Source of the DNA: Desulfobacterales bacterium
GTDB taxonomy: Bacteria > Desulfobacterota > Desulfobacteria > Desulfobacterales > UBA5852
Reading direction: 5' to 3'
NCBI GenBank assembly: GCA_030065585.1
Contig: JASJED010000074.1
Span: 1 to 38,617 of the forward strand
Length of the DNA stretch: 38,617 nt
Below are positions 36,302 to 38,617 of the stretch, one piece after another. Numbering within the stretch: the first letter of the stretch is position 1; every line of letters begins with the position of its first letter. Below the pieces are notes generated by a model. It saw only the letters and a program-made list of their open reading frames with translations, was not told the origin of the DNA and searched no databases. The translations under genes and the position numbers were made by a program.

Positions 36302-36377
36302 CGGCCGATCCGCACAACCATTTTCAAAATGGCCTACGCCTCGGGCTGACGAGGTGCGCAAGGTTGGCTGGCGGCTT

Positions 36378-37070
36378 TCAGGTAAGCGGGGAATAGGTCA
36401 GGTGAATACGCGCTTGATCGCGTTTGACCTGGATGTGAAAACCCGGCAGCGTCTGGACAAGAGGGCGGCCCAGCAGAAAATCGAGCATATCTGCCTGGGC
36501 CCGGCCCTGCTCCACCAGTAGCTGGCGAAGGCTTTCATCGTAGCGCACCATGTCCCGGATTTCGGCCATGGCCTTTTCACGCCTCTCCGTGGCCGACGCC
36601 ATTTGGGAGGAGAGCTCCTGGACCCGGCGGTAGGCACAGCGTTCTTCGTGATGGGCGATCAACTCCCAGAGGCCCTCGACGGTGCCCACAAGATCCCGGC
36701 GTGAGAGGCGCTCCTGCCGGTAGAGCGTTTCGATCTCCCGGGTGTCCCAGCATTGCATGCAACGGCATTCCGCGGGGCGGTTTTGGTAAATCTCACATCC
36801 ATGGCCGTTTGCTGCCAGAAAACAGCAGGTCCAGTGATCACCACGGCCCTTGATCTTGATAATGTCGGTCTTCGCAAAGGCCAATCGGCCGGCCACATTG
36901 TCGTAGACCGGCTCGCCGGGACGGATGGTGTAAAGGCAGGCCGCCGGGATCAGCCCCTTTTCGATCAGCGGGCGGTCGATGGGGTGGAAGGCCGGTCCGC
37001 CCTTTCGGCAGCATTCGCCGCAGCGGCGGCAGGTTTGGCAGTTTTCTTCGGGCGAGGGGGGGGGCTTCAT
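36378..37070 (-). CDS. YkgJ/UPF0153 family Cys-cluster protein
   Basis: CRRCGECC, CCFL..GCEIYQNRPAECRCMQC. Confidence 0.85.
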   Translation of the reverse strand: MKPPPSPEENCQTCRRCGECCRKGGPAFHPIDRPLIEKGLIPAACLYTIRPGEPVYDNVAGRLAFAKTDIIKIKGRGDHWTCCFLAANGHGCEIYQNRPAECRCMQCWDTREIETLYRQERLSRRDLVGTVEGLWELIAHHEERCAYRRVQELSSQMASATERREKAMAEIRDMVRYDESLRQLLVEQGRAQADMLDFLLGRPLVQTLPGFHIQVKRDQARIHLTYSPLT

Positions 37071-37078
37071 CGCGCAAG

Positions 37079-37366
37079 TTACTTTTGATGGCGAAGTTTG
37101 TTTTTAATGAGGTCCAGTACCAGACAGCCGCCCCAGCCAATACCCGCGGATAAAGTGCGATGATAGGGCATAAGTTCACCATCGTTTAATACAATTAATA
37201 GCTGGCTCGGAAGAATCACCACCATTCCCGCCAATCGTGAAGCCCAAAACAACAATCCGTCAATGCCGGAGGCCCCACGGCTGATTTCCAATGTCATCGT
37301 TGCAAAGAAGAATAAGGTTCCCAACAGGCCGATAATCGTTATCAAATAGTTTTTTATAAAATTCAT
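37079..37366 (-). CDS. Small AT-rich membrane protein
   Basis: 95-aa ORF with 2-3 hydrophobic segments; AT-rich compared with its neighbours. Confidence 0.5.
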   Translation of the reverse strand: MNFIKNYLITIIGLLGTLFFFATMTLEISRGASGIDGLLFWASRLAGMVVILPSQLLIVLNDGELMPYHRTLSAGIGWGGCLVLDLIKNKLRHQK

Positions 37367-37415
37367 TGGAGGACACGAAAGACCATCAGATTGATAGAAA
37401 GCATCTTAAAAATGG

Positions 37416-37448
37416 AACGGAAGCCGTTGCTGCGCAACGGCTTCCGTT
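37416..37448. terminator. Strong hairpin downstream of PFOR
   Basis: Perfect 15-bp stem AACGGAAGCCGTTGC-tgc-GCAACGGCTTCCGTT with T-runs nearby on both strands. Confidence 0.75.
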
Positions 37449-37478
37449 TTGGTTAGGATTTATGCTTCGCGTTTGCGA

Positions 37479-38617
37479 TCAGGCATCCGGTTTGACACCG
37501 GCGCGGCCGTCGTCGCAGGGCTCGTCCGCGCCGCCGTGTTCGGCCGTATCCGAGATGGTGCAGACCGGATCGCCTTCAACCGCCGCAGAGGCGACGTCCT
37601 TGGCCGCCACTTCCGGGGCGGCATATTCCAGATCCGCCATGCGCTTCAGCGCGGCATAGCGTTCGTGGTACTGTTTCTCCAGCTCGACGGTAAGACGCTT
37701 GGACTCCTCCGGAAAAGCCTTCTGGAGTGTCGCGTAGCGGACCTCACCGGCCAGGAACTCCTGGAGTTTGCCGTTGGGCTCCTTGCATTCCAGGATGAAG
37801 GGGTTCTTGCCTTCCTTCTTGAGTTCCGGGTTGTAACGGTACAGGGGCCAGTAGCCGCACTCGACGGCCAGCTTGGTTTCCTCCTGGCTCTTGCCCATGC
37901 CCTTTTTGATGCCGTGGCTGATGCAGGGGGAATAGGCCAGAATCAGGGAGGGGCCGTCGTAGGCTTCGGCTTCGACGATGGCTTTCAGCGTCTGCTGCTT
38001 GTTGGCCCCCATGCCGATACTGGCCACGTAGACATAGCCGTAGGTCATGGCCATGCCGCCCATGTCCTTTTTCGCGGTCTTCTTGCCCGAGGCGGCGAAC
38101 TGGGCCACGGCCCCGGTGGGTGTGGCCTTGGAGGACTGGCCACCGGTGTTGGAGTAGACCTCGGTGTCGTAGACCATGACGTTGACGTCCTCGCCCGAGG
38201 CCAGCACGTGATCAACACCACCGTAGGCGATATCGTAGGCCGCCCCGTCGCCCAGGAAGACCCAGTAGGACTTTTTGGTAAGGAGTTTTTCCATGCTGAG
38301 GATTTCGGCCAACAGCGGGTTGTCCTTGTGGGCCGGCAGCAGCTTTTTGAGCTGGTCGCCGTACTTGCGTGAGCCCTCGGCATTCTTCATATTGTCCAGC
38401 CAGCCTTGGAGGGCTTCTTTAACGTCCGGCGGCGCTCCGTTGGATATGGCTTCGCTGGCCAGGTCCGCCAGCTTGCGCCGTTGCTGCATGGCGCCCAGGA
38501 ACATGCCATAGGTGAATTCGGCCGGATCCTCGAACAGGGAGTTGCCCCAGGTGGGGCCGAAGCCGTCCTTGTCGACACAGTAGGGCACGCTGGGGGCCGA
38601 GCCGCCCCAGATGGACG
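37479..38617 (-). CDS. nifJ: Pyruvate:ferredoxin oxidoreductase, 3' part (continues beyond the window)
   Basis: SIWGGSAP, WGNSLFED, TPP motif GDGAAYDI, DTEVYSNTGGQSSKATP, YSPCISHG, GYWPLYRYNP. Confidence 0.95.
   Translation of the reverse strand, partial: SIWGGSAPSVPYCVDKDGFGPTWGNSLFEDPAEFTYGMFLGAMQQRRKLADLASEAISNGAPPDVKEALQGWLDNMKNAEGSRKYGDQLKKLLPAHKDNPLLAEILSMEKLLTKKSYWVFLGDGAAYDIAYGGVDHVLASGEDVNVMVYDTEVYSNTGGQSSKATPTGAVAQFAASGKKTAKKDMGGMAMTYGYVYVASIGMGANKQQTLKAIVEAEAYDGPSLILAYSPCISHGIKKGMGKSQEETKLAVECGYWPLYRYNPELKKEGKNPFILECKEPNGKLQEFLAGEVRYATLQKAFPEESKRLTVELEKQYHERYAALKRMADLEYAAPEVAAKDVASAAVEGDPVCTISDTAEHGGADEPCDDGRAGVKPDA

Overview
A GC-rich, mostly housekeeping window from a sulfate-reducing deltaproteobacterium, probably Desulfobacterales. 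This assignment is inferred from dsrC, an AhbA-type siroheme decarboxylase subunit and a PFOR with a Desulfovibrio-like Cys tail. The window holds a TPAT-type TRAP transporter (TatT-P-Q-M), an MltD-like LysM transglycosylase, a DUF882 peptidase, a Zn-ribbon/PilZ protein, two TPR proteins, a CioAB-like cytochrome bd operon, slyD, blc, GDP-fucose genes (manC-gmd-fcl plus a nucleotide-sugar dehydrogenase), fabG, an Fe-ADH, miaA, dsrC-yjbQ-ahbA-nitrilase and the 3' part of PFOR. Several features are missing from the ORF track. (1) A full-length Bcp peroxiredoxin has an in-frame TGA at the catalytic position followed by a SECIS-like hairpin, so it is a probable selenoprotein. (2) Four dispersed 123-124 bp elements have terminal inverted arms and a central hairpin that co-vary between copies. 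(3) A 38-aa membrane peptide gene overlaps the end of cydB. (4) A complete sigma54/IHF/UAS promoter lies upstream of a DUF5658-like gene, and a tiny protein carries Cle-like YxGxERR/DRR motifs. (5) An orphan ankyrin repeat follows the sugar dehydrogenase. I found no rRNA, tRNA, CRISPR array, transposase or integrase. All family assignments come from motif recognition by eye, not from database searches.
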